The notes under the pieces were generated by a model that was given only the letters and a program-made list of their open reading frames with translations, did no database searches and was not told the DNA's origin. Shown piece by piece: positions 10,707 to 22,300 of a DNA stretch of 64,000 nt; the first letter of the stretch is position 1, and the number at the start of each line of letters is the position of its first letter. The position numbers were made by a program, and so were the translations under genes. Source of the stretch: Eledone cirrhosa (Eukaryota); NCBI GenBank assembly GCA_964016885.1, contig OZ024752.1, positions 23,002,001 to 23,066,000 on the forward strand, read 5' to 3'.

Positions 10707-11025
10707 TTAGCCATCTGGCATCAACACTGGCTTAAGACATTTGAAAGCTGCAAAGCTTTTGTGCATGCAATTCGGGCAGTGTTCAGAGAGTTTGTTCAGT
10801 ATCGGGCCCTTGGCAAATAGTAGTTCGTAGCTCTCTGAAATACAAAGTCACAGCACTTGCGTCCTCCATTGTATGAGCGCGCTTTCTGGAGTATTTTCCA
10901 TTTGAGCGCGAAAGGGGTGGAGTTCATCTTGAGGTCCCAGACATAGTGTTGTCTGATTGGATTGGTCCGGTCTTCTGAAAGAGTGGTATGGGCATACCAC
11001 CGGTATTAAAATTGTTACAAGTCAT
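10707..11025 (-). pseudogene. Decayed C-terminal half of a GIY-YIG endonuclease from a second (Neptune-like) PLE family
   Basis: Manual translation across frameshifts gives MTCNNF/YRWYAHT/SFRRPDQSNQTTL/VWDLKMNSTPFALKWKILQKARSYNGGRKCCD/ISESYELLFAKGPILNKLSEHCPNCMHK...stop. This fits the recalled FK.R...H..SF / WELK / KW.I...A..Y / C.LC..E / LNK.SE..C.H pattern. Confidence 0.75.
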
Positions 11026-11051
11026 ATATATATATGACAGATTGATAGATT

Positions 11052-11176
<125 letters not shown>

Positions 11177-11192
11177 GATATATAGTTGTATA

Positions 11193-11475
11193 TCTCCTGA
11201 TAATATATAACCAGCAATTTCTCTGTCTGTCTGTCCGACAGTGGAAACACGTGCGCGCGTGGTTGGTATCTCTCTCTCTCTCCAGCTATCCCTCTCTTTT
11301 AATTTGTCTATTTCTCTCACTCTCACTCTTTCTCTTTGTAACACACTAACATTTCTCCCCTCTATCGCTGTGACGAATGGGGAGATGGAGGAGGAGGAGG
11401 AGGAGAGAGTCACTTCGTCACTTCACCTCTGCCTTTCTTTCTCTCCCCTCTCACTCCCTCATTACGTACAGACAT
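11193..11475 (+). mobile_element. 5' fragment of a non-autonomous Helitron-like repeat
   Basis: Starts A|TCTCCTGATAATATATAACCAGCAATTTCTCTGTCTGTCTGTCCGAC, the same terminus that is split at 13548-13562/15868-15899. Contains (GTCT)n. Confidence 0.55.
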
Positions 11476-11478
11476 TAG

Positions 11479-11670
11479 GGCGGTGGATTGGCAGAATCTG
11501 TAGAGAGTCGGACACCATGCTTCATAGCATGGAGTTACGTCCCTTTACGGTCTGAGTTCAAATACCGCCGAGGTTAACTTTGCCTTTCATCCTCACGGGG
11601 TCGATAAAATAAAGTACCAGTAATGTACTGGTTAATTGCTGGCCTTGTGCCAAAAGTAGAAACAATTATT
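11479..11670 (+). mobile_element. Full-length tRNA-derived SINE with Nin/Deu-like central domain
   Basis: GGCGG start, A-box-like TGGCAGAATCTGT, B box GAGTTCAAATACC, GCCTTTCATCCTCACGGGGTCGATAAAATAAAGTACCAG and an (ATT)n tail. Three copies in the window. Confidence 0.9.
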
Positions 11671-11788
11671 AGAAACATTGCTTCATTTTTACATATCTAA
11701 GCATTAGTAAAATAACTAATAATTTCAAAAGTAATTTTTCAATTCAAATTGTTATGAACAGCAAAACATTAATAATAATTTTGATCTA

Positions 11789-11955
11789 AGAAATATATAT
11801 ACATTTCTGTGTGTGTAATATAGATATATATACACACAGAAATATATATACATTTCTGTGTGTGTAATATATATATATATATATACACACACACAGAAAT
11901 ATATATATATACACACAGAAATATATATACATTTCTGTGTGTGTAATATATATAT
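11789..11955. repeat. Palindromic minisatellite (ACACACAGAAAT-atatatac-ATTTCTGTGTGT units)
   Basis: Three to four complete or partial copies of a hairpin-forming unit separated by TA runs. Confidence 0.8.
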
Positions 11956-12092
11956 AGACTAGAACTGTTTCATTCTTGAGAAATCACCAGGAATATATAT
12001 ATATATAGTAATAATAATAAAATTGAAGACTAAAATCCAAAGAGGGCTCGATAAGGAAAATATATATCAAATATATAAGAACCGAAGAGCAA

Positions 12093-12231
12093 ATATTTAT
12101 TAAAATAACAGATTAAAGTTTAAGCAAAGAATCGCTGCTTTCACCCTTAACGGGATCTTCTGAAACTTTCAGAAGATCCCGTTAAGGGTGAAAGCAGCGA
12201 TTCTTTGCTTAAACTTTAATCTGTTATTTTA

Positions 12232-12239
<8 letters not shown>
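12093..12239. repeat. Perfect 147-bp palindrome (73-bp arms, 1-nt spacer at 12166) made of a hammerhead-like repeat (family 4)
   Basis: The arms are exact reverse complements. Further copies of the arm lie at ~12277-12345, ~17540-17610 and ~18575-18670. Confidence 0.93.
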
Positions 12240-12274
<35 letters not shown>

Positions 12275-12338
12275 TTAGTTTCAGAAGATACCGTTAAGGG
12301 TGAAAGCAGCGATTCTTTGCTTAAACTTTAATCTTTTA

Positions 12339-12540
<202 letters not shown>

Positions 12541-12791
12541 GTTAGTAAATAGGAAGAAATATTTATACTATTCCACACACATATAATTTATATGTTATGT
12601 CGTCGACCACTGATTCCAACAACCAGCGTTCTAGGCCAGCAGGTGACACCTGCGTTCCCAGCCATGGCACGCGCGACCTTGGAGTAGTTACCATGGAGAT
12701 CTAGCCAGACACAGCCGAGTTCTTTGAATTTACAGACGACAACTTTAAAACTGGCTTTTGGTGTTTTAACCAACTCACTGGGGTTGAGCAT

Positions 12792-12849
12792 ATAATATAT
12801 ATATGTGTGTGTGTGTTATATGTGTGTGTATGCGTGTGTGTGTATGTGT

Positions 12850-12888
<39 letters not shown>

Positions 12889-13048
12889 TATATGTGTGTG
12901 TGTTATATGTGTGTGTGTATGTGTGTGTGCGTGTGTGTGTTATATATGTGTGTTATATGTGTGTGTGTATGTGTGTGCGTGTGTGTGTTTTATATATGGG
13001 TGTGTGTTATATGTGTGTGTGTGTGTATATATAATATATAATATATAT

Positions 13049-13090
<42 letters not shown>

Positions 13091-13310
13091 ATTATATATG
13101 TATATTATGTGTGTCTCTCTCTATATATATACATATATATAGGTTTAAGTGTGTATGTGCGTGTGTATGTGTGTGTTAGCGTGTGTGCATATGTGCGTAT
13201 ATATGAGTGTGTGTATGGTATGTGTGTGTTAGCGTATGTGTCTGTATGCGTGTGTGTCTGTCTGTGCGTGTGTCTGTGTGTATCTGTGTAAGTGTTTGTG
13301 TGTGTGTGTA
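12792..13310. repeat. (TG)n/(TA)n compound microsatellite with recurring TGTGTTATA units
   Basis: Direct reading. Confidence 0.9.
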
Positions 13311-13510
13311 CAGGAATTCATAAGTTTCCTAAAATATGTCTGTATGCTTAATTTTTCTTAAAAATTATAAACTGGTTCTTCCTGTCAGAGATAATAATCT
13401 GATTTGAGAATAATGCATCTCAAAATATGAACATGGGTGTATATATGTATGTGTGTGTGTGTGTCTGTGTTTGTATTTGTGTGTTTGTGTGTGTGTTAAA
13501 TATATATCGA

Positions 13511-13547
13511 CTAGCAGAAAACCACCCACCGGGTGGTTTTCTGCTAG
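13511..13547. other. Symmetric Helitron-type terminal hairpin CTAGCAGAAAACCACCC-acc-GGGTGGTTTTCTGCTAG
   Basis: 17-bp perfect inverted repeat with CTAG at both ends. A second version is at 16341-16377. Confidence 0.75.
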
Positions 13548-13562
13548 TCTCCTTATAATATA

Positions 13563-15867
13563 CTAGCAGTAAAGCCCGGCGTTGCTCGGGGTCGCTCAGT
13601 AGCTGTGTTAAAGTTACAATGTTAAGTTTCTGTTTTGGCTTAAAGTCTGTCTGCACGACTGTCTGTCTGCACGCCTAACGAAATTTACAGATACATATAT
13701 TTTAAATAAACTTATATAATTTTTGCCTTTTTTTACGAAATATTTGCTTGTTTTACGTAGTCTTTAAATAGACTTGTTTTCAAGTAAAAATATTGTTTTA
13801 AAAGGCTTTTAAATGGAAATGAAGCAAAACGGAAGCTTAGTGTTCGAACTGATGAATTTTGCAGGTCAAAATTTTGCTGGCTCGACAACTGTTCGTGTAT
13901 TGTGTTAATGTCATTTTAAACGCTGAGAAAGCCAGCGTAATTTTTTTAATTTTTGCACGCAGAAAATGTAAACAGAACGTAAGACGCTCAATGTAAACAG
14001 AACAAAGGGAAATAACTCGTCACTTACGCTCAAAAATCGATACATTAGATTCGATTTCGTCACATAGGGTGGGTCAATTTGAAATATTTTTTTCCGATGT
14101 CTTCGCTAGGGCTCAATGTACAAGTATAGCAATTTCGGTGCAATTCCGTCAGAGATTCTAAGAGGAGATGTGTGGCAAAAATCGATAGACAGACAGACAA
14201 CCACAGCTTTATATATATAGAACAAAGGGAAATAACTCGTCACTTACGCTCAAAAATCGATACATTAGATTCGATTTCGTCACATAGGGTGAGTCAATTT
14301 GAAATATTTTTTTTCCGATGTCTTCGCTAGGGCTCAATGTACAAGTATAGCAATTTCAGTGCAATTCCGTCAGAGATTCTAAGAGGAGATGTGTGCCAAA
14401 AATCGATAGACAGACAGACATCCTCAGCTTTATATATATAGATGACATAATCAAAAACAAGAACTTATTTGAAAATTTATTTGACCGATGGTTCCGCCGG
14501 ACCTTCATCTATAAGTGTAGCAATTTCACCGAAATTTGAACGTACGGTTTAAGAGGAGATGTGTGCCGAAGGTTTTTGTAGACAGACAGACAACCTCAGT
14601 TTTATATATATAGATGACATAATCAAAAACAAGAACTTATTTGAAAATTTATTTGACCGATGGTTCCGCCGGACCTTCATCTATAAGTGTAGCAATTTCA
14701 CCGAAATTTGAACGTACGGTTTAAGAGGAGATGTGTGCCGAAGGTTTTAGTAGACAGACAGACAACCTCAGTTTTATATATATAGATGACATAATCAAAA
14801 ACAAGAACTTATTTGAAAATTTATTTGACCGATGGTTCCGCCGGACCTTCATCTATAAGTGTAGCAATTTCACCGAAATTTGAACGTACGGTTTAAGAGG
14901 AGATGTGTGCCGAAGGTTTTAGTAGACAGACAGACAACCTCAGTTTTATATATATGTTCGTGTATTGTGTTAATGTCATTTTAAACGCTGAGAAAGCCAG
15001 CGTAATTTTTTTAATTTTTGCACGCAGAAAATGTAAACAGAACGTAAGACGCTCAATGTAAACAGAACAAAGGGAAATAACTCGTCACTTACGCTCAAAA
15101 ATCGATACATTAGATTCGATTTCGTCACATAGGGTGGGTCAATTTGAAATATTTTTTTCCGATGCCTTCGCTAGGGCTCAATGTACAAGTATAGCAATTT
15201 CGGTTCAATTCCGTCAGAGATTCTAAGAGGAGATGTGTGCCAAAAATCGATAGACAGACAGACAACCACAGCTTTATATATATATATATATATATAGAAC
15301 AAAGGGAAATAACTCGTCACTTACGCTCAAAAATCGATACATTAGATTCGATTTCGTCACATAGGGTGGGTCAATTTGAAATATTTTTTTCCGATGTCTT
15401 CGCTAGGGCTCAATGTACAAGTATAGCAATTTCGGTGCAATTCCGTCAGAGATTCTAAGAGGAGATGTGTGCCAAAAATCGATAGACAGACAGACAACCA
15501 CAGCTTTATATATATATAGATGACATAATCAAAAACAAGAAGAACTTATTTGAAAATTTATTTGACCGATGGTTCCGCCGGACCTTCATCTATAAGTGTA
15601 GCAATTTCACCGAAATTTGAACGTACGGTTTAAGAGATGTGTGCCGAAGGTTTTAGTAGACAGACAGACAACCTCAGTGTTATATATATAGATGACATAA
15701 TCAAAAACAAGAAGAACTTATTTGAAAATTTATTTGACCGATGGTTCCGCCGGACCTTCATCTATAAGTGTAGCAATTTCACCGAAATTTGAACGTACGG
15801 TTTAAGAGGAGATGTGTGCCGAAGGTTTTAGTAGACAGACAGACAACCTCAGTTTTATATATATAGA
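13563..15867 (-). mobile_element. Non-autonomous Helitron (Lep1-like, (GTCT)n-bearing) with tandemly amplified 5' ends
   Basis: The minus strand starts TCTATATATATAAAACTGAGGTTGTCTGTCTG and ends CCCGAGCAACGCCGGGCTTTACTGCTAG. Inserted precisely between A and T with no TSD. Confidence 0.85.
13891..15867 (-). repeat. Internal tandem array of ~220-bp A units and ~172-bp B units arranged (X A A B B B)(X A A B B)
   Basis: A units start near 14001, 14221, 15066 and 15298. B units start near 14443, 14615, 14787, 15521 and 15693. The X block starts at 13891 and 14956. Confidence 0.9.
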
Positions 15868-16377
15868 TAACCAGCAATTTCTCTGTCTGTCTGTCCGACG
15901 CGTAGAGAGAGAGTGAGAGTGAAAGAAAGAGACAGACTACAAGAGGGGGATAGCGGGAGGGAGAGAGAGAGACGCTGGAAGAGGGGAAGGAAAGCTATGT
16001 CTTGCTGTCTGCATTACGATACATATATATATATACACACACACACTGAGCGCGTCATAATGACGTAATGCAGACACCCAGCCATACAGACAGATATTAT
16101 AAGGGCGCAACGTTATATCTATGTATCTATCTAAAAAGAAAGACTAAGAATTATATAGAGAGAACGCTAAATCGCCTAATGCGGTCCCTAGGGCATTGAA
16201 AATTTGAAATAATATTTGCTCAAAACACTCACAGGACCATAAGTATTACATGTCTAAATTTTGAAAACAATCGGTTGGATGGTTATCAAGTTTTAGTGAG
16301 CTGACAGACAGACAGACATTCTCTGTTTTAGATATATAGACTAGCAGAAAACCGCATATCGTGTGGTTTTCTGCTAG

Positions 16378-17494
16378 TCTATATATATAAAACTGAGGTT
16401 GTCTGTCTGTCTGTCTACTGAAACCGTCGGCACACATCTCCTCCTAAACCGTACGTTCAAATTTCGGTGAAATTGCTAGACTCATAGATGAAGGTCCGGC
16501 GGAGATCTCGGTCAAAAAAATTTTCAAATCGACCCACGTCAAGTGCAAAAATCGAATTTGTAATGTATTGATTTTTCAGTTCAAATGTATAAATAGCGAC
16601 GAGAGACGAGTTATTTCCCTTTTATGGCGTCATTTGCTTATCTATTTATGTTACGTATAAACGACGCGGTGGACCGAGAAGAACATTTTCATGCAAAGAC
16701 AAGACCAAGTTTATGGTATAAATGGAGTCGTTAGACTAATATTCTATTTAAAATAACAGAATGATTTCCAGCCCCGGAGTTTAAGAATGATGTAAATAAA
16801 ATTGTAAACGAAAATGACAGGTTATTAAAATTGTTGTTCCTACTTTTGGCACAAGGCCAACAATTACCAGTACATTACTGCTACTTTATTTTATCATCGA
16901 CCCCGTAAGGATGAAAGGCAAAGTTAACCCCGACGGGATTTTAAATTTGCCTTAACATAGTAAAAGTAAATAGTGAAGATTTAGGCCAGTACATACGTAT
17001 GCGCCGACGAGCATACACATACATATACATACGCACGCATAAATACATACACACACACACGCGCGCGCGCGCGCGCGCGCGTGTGTGTAAACCTTATGCA
17101 TTTCTACAGTATTTTCACCAAACTTAAGACATAGGTTACTTATGTACTCCGGATGGTCATGGGCACTTTCATTTTTCCAGATAACCCCCTTAAACCACTT
17201 CCTTGGAGTCGACTGAAGCACTGCAGTGTAATGCAAAAAAAACGTCATAACTTCTGGAGTTCGCAACCGATTTTCACAAAACTTGACACATGGGCTACGT
17301 TTGTTATACAGATGAATGTGAACTCTCAGAATTGGCACATACTGAGTAGGGGACCCCTGGGGGCAGGAACCCCCTTTTGGAAAACGCCGATGATTTTGTA
17401 AAAGTATAGTTTTCGAAGCAGCACTGAAGTATTGACATAAATGGTATACATAACTGCTATTTAATACCCGAGCAACGCCGGGTACCTCTGCTAG
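16378..17494 (+). mobile_element. Non-autonomous Helitron of the same group, opposite orientation
   Basis: 5' TCTATATATATAAAACTGAGGTTGTCTGTCTGTC. 3' hairpin TACCCG-agcaacgc-CGGGTA followed by CTCTGCTAG|T. Confidence 0.85.
16831..16947 (-). mobile_element. Truncated Nin/Deu-like SINE copy inside the Helitron
   Basis: Reverse complement of ~11555-11665. Confidence 0.85.
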
Positions 17495-17632
17495 TATATA
17501 ATATAAGTAGTAATAATTACGAAGACCCAAATCCTAAAAGCTTCAGAAGATCCCGTAATAGGGTGAAAGTAGAAATTCCTTGGTTACATTTTAATCTGTG
17601 CTAATAATATGTGTATATGAATATATGTATAT

Positions 17633-17679
<47 letters not shown>

Positions 17680-17814
17680 CACACATACATATATGCATGT
17701 GTGTGCATCGTCAAAGACGAGGGAATATTTCAGTTTACTGAATTACAAAAGCCGACGAATTGTTTTGTGACAAAGTAAAAAAACAATACATATACGCACA
17801 ACTCATACAGAGAT

Positions 17815-18125
17815 TGATGGAGCTGCTATGTGGTGGCTAGAAATAGCAACTATATCTTGCTCAAGTAACAAACTACTGTTTTCAAAATTAGTTGGGGTGA
17901 GGAAGACAGGACACATTGGTTAATGTCGTCCTAGATACCTTGTTTCTGAACTAACAAAGATCAAATGATAATGACTGGAATATTTTTTAACATAGGCTTC
18001 ATTAATTAGGTCTTAACATTGGGATTAAACGTCGTTTCTGAACTAACAAAGACCGAATGATAACGACTGGAACGTTTTTGATCATAAGTCTGCTTAATTA
18101 GGTCTTAACGTAGGGATTAAACGAT
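17815..18125 (+). repeat. Decayed dispersed repeat with a 92-bp tandem duplication of its 3' part
   Basis: GTTTCTGAACTAACAAAGA...GGGATTAAACG occurs at 17942 and 18034. The upstream GCTAGAAATAGCA...GGACACATTGG..GTCCTAGATAC resembles a common octopus repeat (recalled, not verified). Confidence 0.6.
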
Positions 18126-18772
18126 AAATACCGAACAAGCACCTTTAAACACAGACACACAGACGCACAGACATGCGCCTGCACCAATCACACATTGGGG
18201 CGCACATAAACACACACACTCCTAGCAGTGGCTTAAGACATATTTGTATGGAACGAAATAGCCGAGGTGCAATTAATCATAACAATTCGTGACAAGCTAA
18301 CCTAAGATTTCATTATATTTTACTGATCTTTATGATGTTAGGAATGTCTGTTCACCTATCGTAGGCGATCTATTTGAAATTCTGGAATTCATATCGTTGA
18401 ACACAACAAAATATATAGTTCAACAGATTCATACGAATGGATTCATTTTTGTTTGTTTTATATGTAATTTAGTTATATCATAGGTTAGTCACTACATTAA
18501 GATATTAAGAAACTGGAAATTATATATATATAAGTATATATAAACCCGTAGAGCAAATAGTTATTATTTATAAAGTTTAAAGTTTAAGCAAAGAAGTTCT
18601 GATTTTACCCTAAACGGGATTTTCTGAGAGTGTTTCAGAAAAAAATTCCGTTTTGGAAGTAGAAATTCTTAAGTACTCAAACGCAGAAATGATAGTTGCT
18701 TATGGCAACTTCTGGCCAAGTCTTTTTATGATGTTCACTTTATTTTATAAGCTATCTTTATAGCATTTCTGC

Positions 18773-18815
<43 letters not shown>

Positions 18816-18894
18816 GGAAGGGTAAAGGAAAGGAGAGTTCTCTGTGTATGCTAGAGAGTTATTTAATTATCTAATAAACAACATAATACAATTA

Positions 18895-18970
18895 TTCCTT
18901 TTACCAAAGGTTTCACGTAGTCAGACAAGCCCAACAAAGACGACGTATGAAATTGGTCATCAGAATGAAA
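18895..18970 (-). ncRNA. Type I hammerhead ribozyme, family 2 (degenerate stem II)
   Basis: Minus strand reads TTTCATT CTGATGA ccaattt...ctacgt GAAA CCTTTGG TA AAAGGAA. Confidence 0.6.
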
Positions 18971-18987
18971 ATTTAATATTATTAAAT

Positions 18988-19060
18988 TTTCATTCTGATG
19001 AGCGATTTCGGACGTCTCGGTGGAGCTCGTCTGACTTCGTGAAACCTTTGGTAAATGGAA
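18988..19060 (+). ncRNA. Type I hammerhead ribozyme, family 2
   Basis: TTTCATT CTGATGA GCGA..CGGACG..CGTCTG..TCGT GAAA CCTTTGG TA AATGGAA. All three stems pair. Confidence 0.8.
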
Positions 19061-19092
19061 TAATTGTCTTATGTTGTTTATTACATAACTAA

Positions 19093-19094
<2 letters not shown>

Positions 19095-19186
<92 letters not shown>
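19095..19186. repeat. (CA)n(TA)n microsatellite
   Basis: Direct reading. Confidence 0.97.
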
Positions 19187-19188
<2 letters not shown>

Positions 19189-19296
19189 GTGTGTGTGCGT
19201 GTGTTAAGTATTTCCGTAGAAAAGGTAAAGGAAAGAAGAGATATCTATGTATAAGAAAAAGTAAGTTAATTATGTAATAAACAACATAATAAAATT

Positions 19297-19369
19297 ATTC
19301 CATTACCCAAGGTTTCGCGAAGTTAGTCGATTCTAACAGAATCGTCTGATATCGTTCATCAGATAAAAT
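19297..19369 (-). ncRNA. Type I hammerhead ribozyme, family 2
   Basis: Minus strand reads ATTTTAT CTGATGA aCGA..CGATTCT-gtt-AGAATCG..TCGc GAAA CCTTGGG TA ATGGAAT. The family 3' tail continues to ~19200. Confidence 0.7.
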
Positions 19370-22300
19370 ATTTTATGGATATAAGACATAGTATTAAAAT
19401 CGTTTACAAATGAAAGTGAGGCTGAATTAATTCACCACCACACCACAGCACACCACAACACACTATACCACACTATACCACACCACACCACATCACACCA
19501 CACCACATTACATCACACCACACTACACCACACCACACTACATCACACCACACTACGCCACACCACACTAAACCACACCACACCACACCACACCACACTA
19601 TACCACACCAAACCACATCACACAACACCACACCACAGCAAACCACACCGCAACACACCACATCACAGCACACCACACCATTCTACATCACACCATACTA
19701 CATCACACCACAGTACACCACACCACACTAAACCACATCACACAACATCACACCATAGCACACCACACCAAACCACATCACACAACACCACACGACATCA
19801 CACCACACTACACCACACCATACCACAGCACACCAAACCACACGAAACCACATCACACAACACCACAGCACCCCACAGCACACCACAACACACCACACCG
19901 CACTACACCACACCACACCACACCAAAACACACCACATTACACCACACCACCCTACACCACACTACACCACACCACACTACACTACACCACACCACACCA
20001 CCCTACACCACACCACACCACAGCACACCACACTACACCACACCACACTACACCACACTACACCACACCACACCACACCACACCACACCACACCACACCA
20101 CAACACACAACACCACACTACACCACACCACCATACACCACACCACAGCACAGCACACCACCCTACACCACACCACAGCACACCACAACACACCTCACCA
20201 CACCACACCACACCATACAACACCACACCACACCACACTACACCACACCACCCTACACCGCACCACAGCACACCACACTACACAACAGCACACCACAACA
20301 CACTACACCACACCACACCATACAACAACACACCACACCACACCACACCACATCACACCACACCATACAACAACACACCACACCACACCACACCACACCA
20401 CACCACACCACACTACAACACAACACACCACATCACACACAGCACACCACAACACACCACACAACACGACACTACAAAACACCACACCACACCACACTAC
20501 ACAACACCACACTACACCACTCTACACTAGACCACACCACACCACACTACACCAAAACAAACTACACCACACCACAGCACACCAGAACACACTACACCAC
20601 ACCACACTACACCACACCACACCACAACACACCACACCACACCACACTACAACACAACACACCACATCACACTACACCACACCACACTACACTACACAAC
20701 ACTAGACCACACCACACTACACTATACCACAGTACACTATAACACACTGCACCACACCACAACACACCTAACCACAGCACACTACACCACAGCACACCAC
20801 ACCACAACACACTACACCACACCAGACTACACCACACAACACTTGACCACACCACACTACACCACAACACACCACACCACACCACAACACACAACAACAC
20901 ACCACACTACACCACATCACACCACAACACACCAAAACACATCACATCACACCACATCACAGCACACCACACCACACCACACCACACCACGCCACACAAC
21001 GCTACACCACACCACACTATACCACACTACACAACACCACACCCCCACACTACACAATACCACACTACACCACACCACACCACACTACACCACACCACGC
21101 TATAACACATCACAACTCACCACACCACACTACACCACAACACACCACAACACACCACACCACAGAACACCACACCACAGCACACCACAACACAATACAC
21201 TACACCACAGCACAGCACAGTACACCACAGCACACCACACCGCACCACACAAACACCAAACAACACTACACCACACCACAACACACCACACCACACTACA
21301 CTACACCACAGCACACCACACACACCGGACCCACACCACACCACAACCCACCACACTACAACACATTACAACACACCACACTACACCATACCACACTACA
21401 ACACACCACACCACAACACATCACAACACACTACAACACACCACACTACACCACACTACACTACACCACAGCACACTACAACACACCACACTACATAACA
21501 CAACACCACACAACACAACACCTCATCACACCACAGCACAGCAGACCACACCACACAACACTACAACACACCACACCACACTTCACCACACTACACCACA
21601 CCACACTACTGCACACCACACTACACCACAGCACACCACAACACACCGCACCACACCACGCCACAACCCACCACACCACACGACAACACATTACAACACA
21701 CCACACTACACCACACCACACCACACCACAACACACCACACCATACCACAACACATCACACCACACTACACCACACCACACCACACCACACCAGGCAACA
21801 CCACATCACACCACAGCACACTACAACACAGCACACCACAGCACACAACACCATACTACATTACACCACACTACATCACACCACACTACACCACACCACA
21901 CTACACCCCACCACACCACAACACACTACACCACACCACACAACACCACATCACACCACAGCACACTACAACACAGCACACCACAGCACACAACACCATA
22001 CTACATTACACCACACTACACCACACCACACTACACCACACCACACCACACACCACCACACCACAACACACTACACCACACCACACCACACCACAGCACA
22101 TCACACTACACACACCACACCACAACACACCACAACACACCACAACACACCACACCACAACACCCCACAGCACACCACACCACACCACACCACACTACGC
22201 CACACCACACCACACTACGCTACACCACACTACATCACACTACACACACCACACGACAACACACCACAACACACCACGCCACACCACACAACACCACACC

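Larger units (their letters stand above)
13548..16377 (+). mobile_element. Host non-autonomous Helitron-like element, interrupted at 13562/15868
   Basis: Joining TCTCCTTATAATATA and TAACCAGCAATTTCTC recreates the terminus seen intact at 11193. It plausibly ends at the hairpin plus CTAG at 16341-16377, but the 3' boundary is uncertain. Confidence 0.55.
18860..19095. repeat. Imperfect ~235-bp palindrome of two back-to-back family-2 hammerhead repeats
   Basis: Centre ATTTAAT-att-ATTAAAT at ~18979. The arms align along their length, with most differences in stem II. Confidence 0.9.

Noticed and set aside
13891-15867. Regularly spaced repeats as a CRISPR-like array
   Set aside because: Whole 172- and 220-bp units repeat with no unique spacers, and no cas genes are present.
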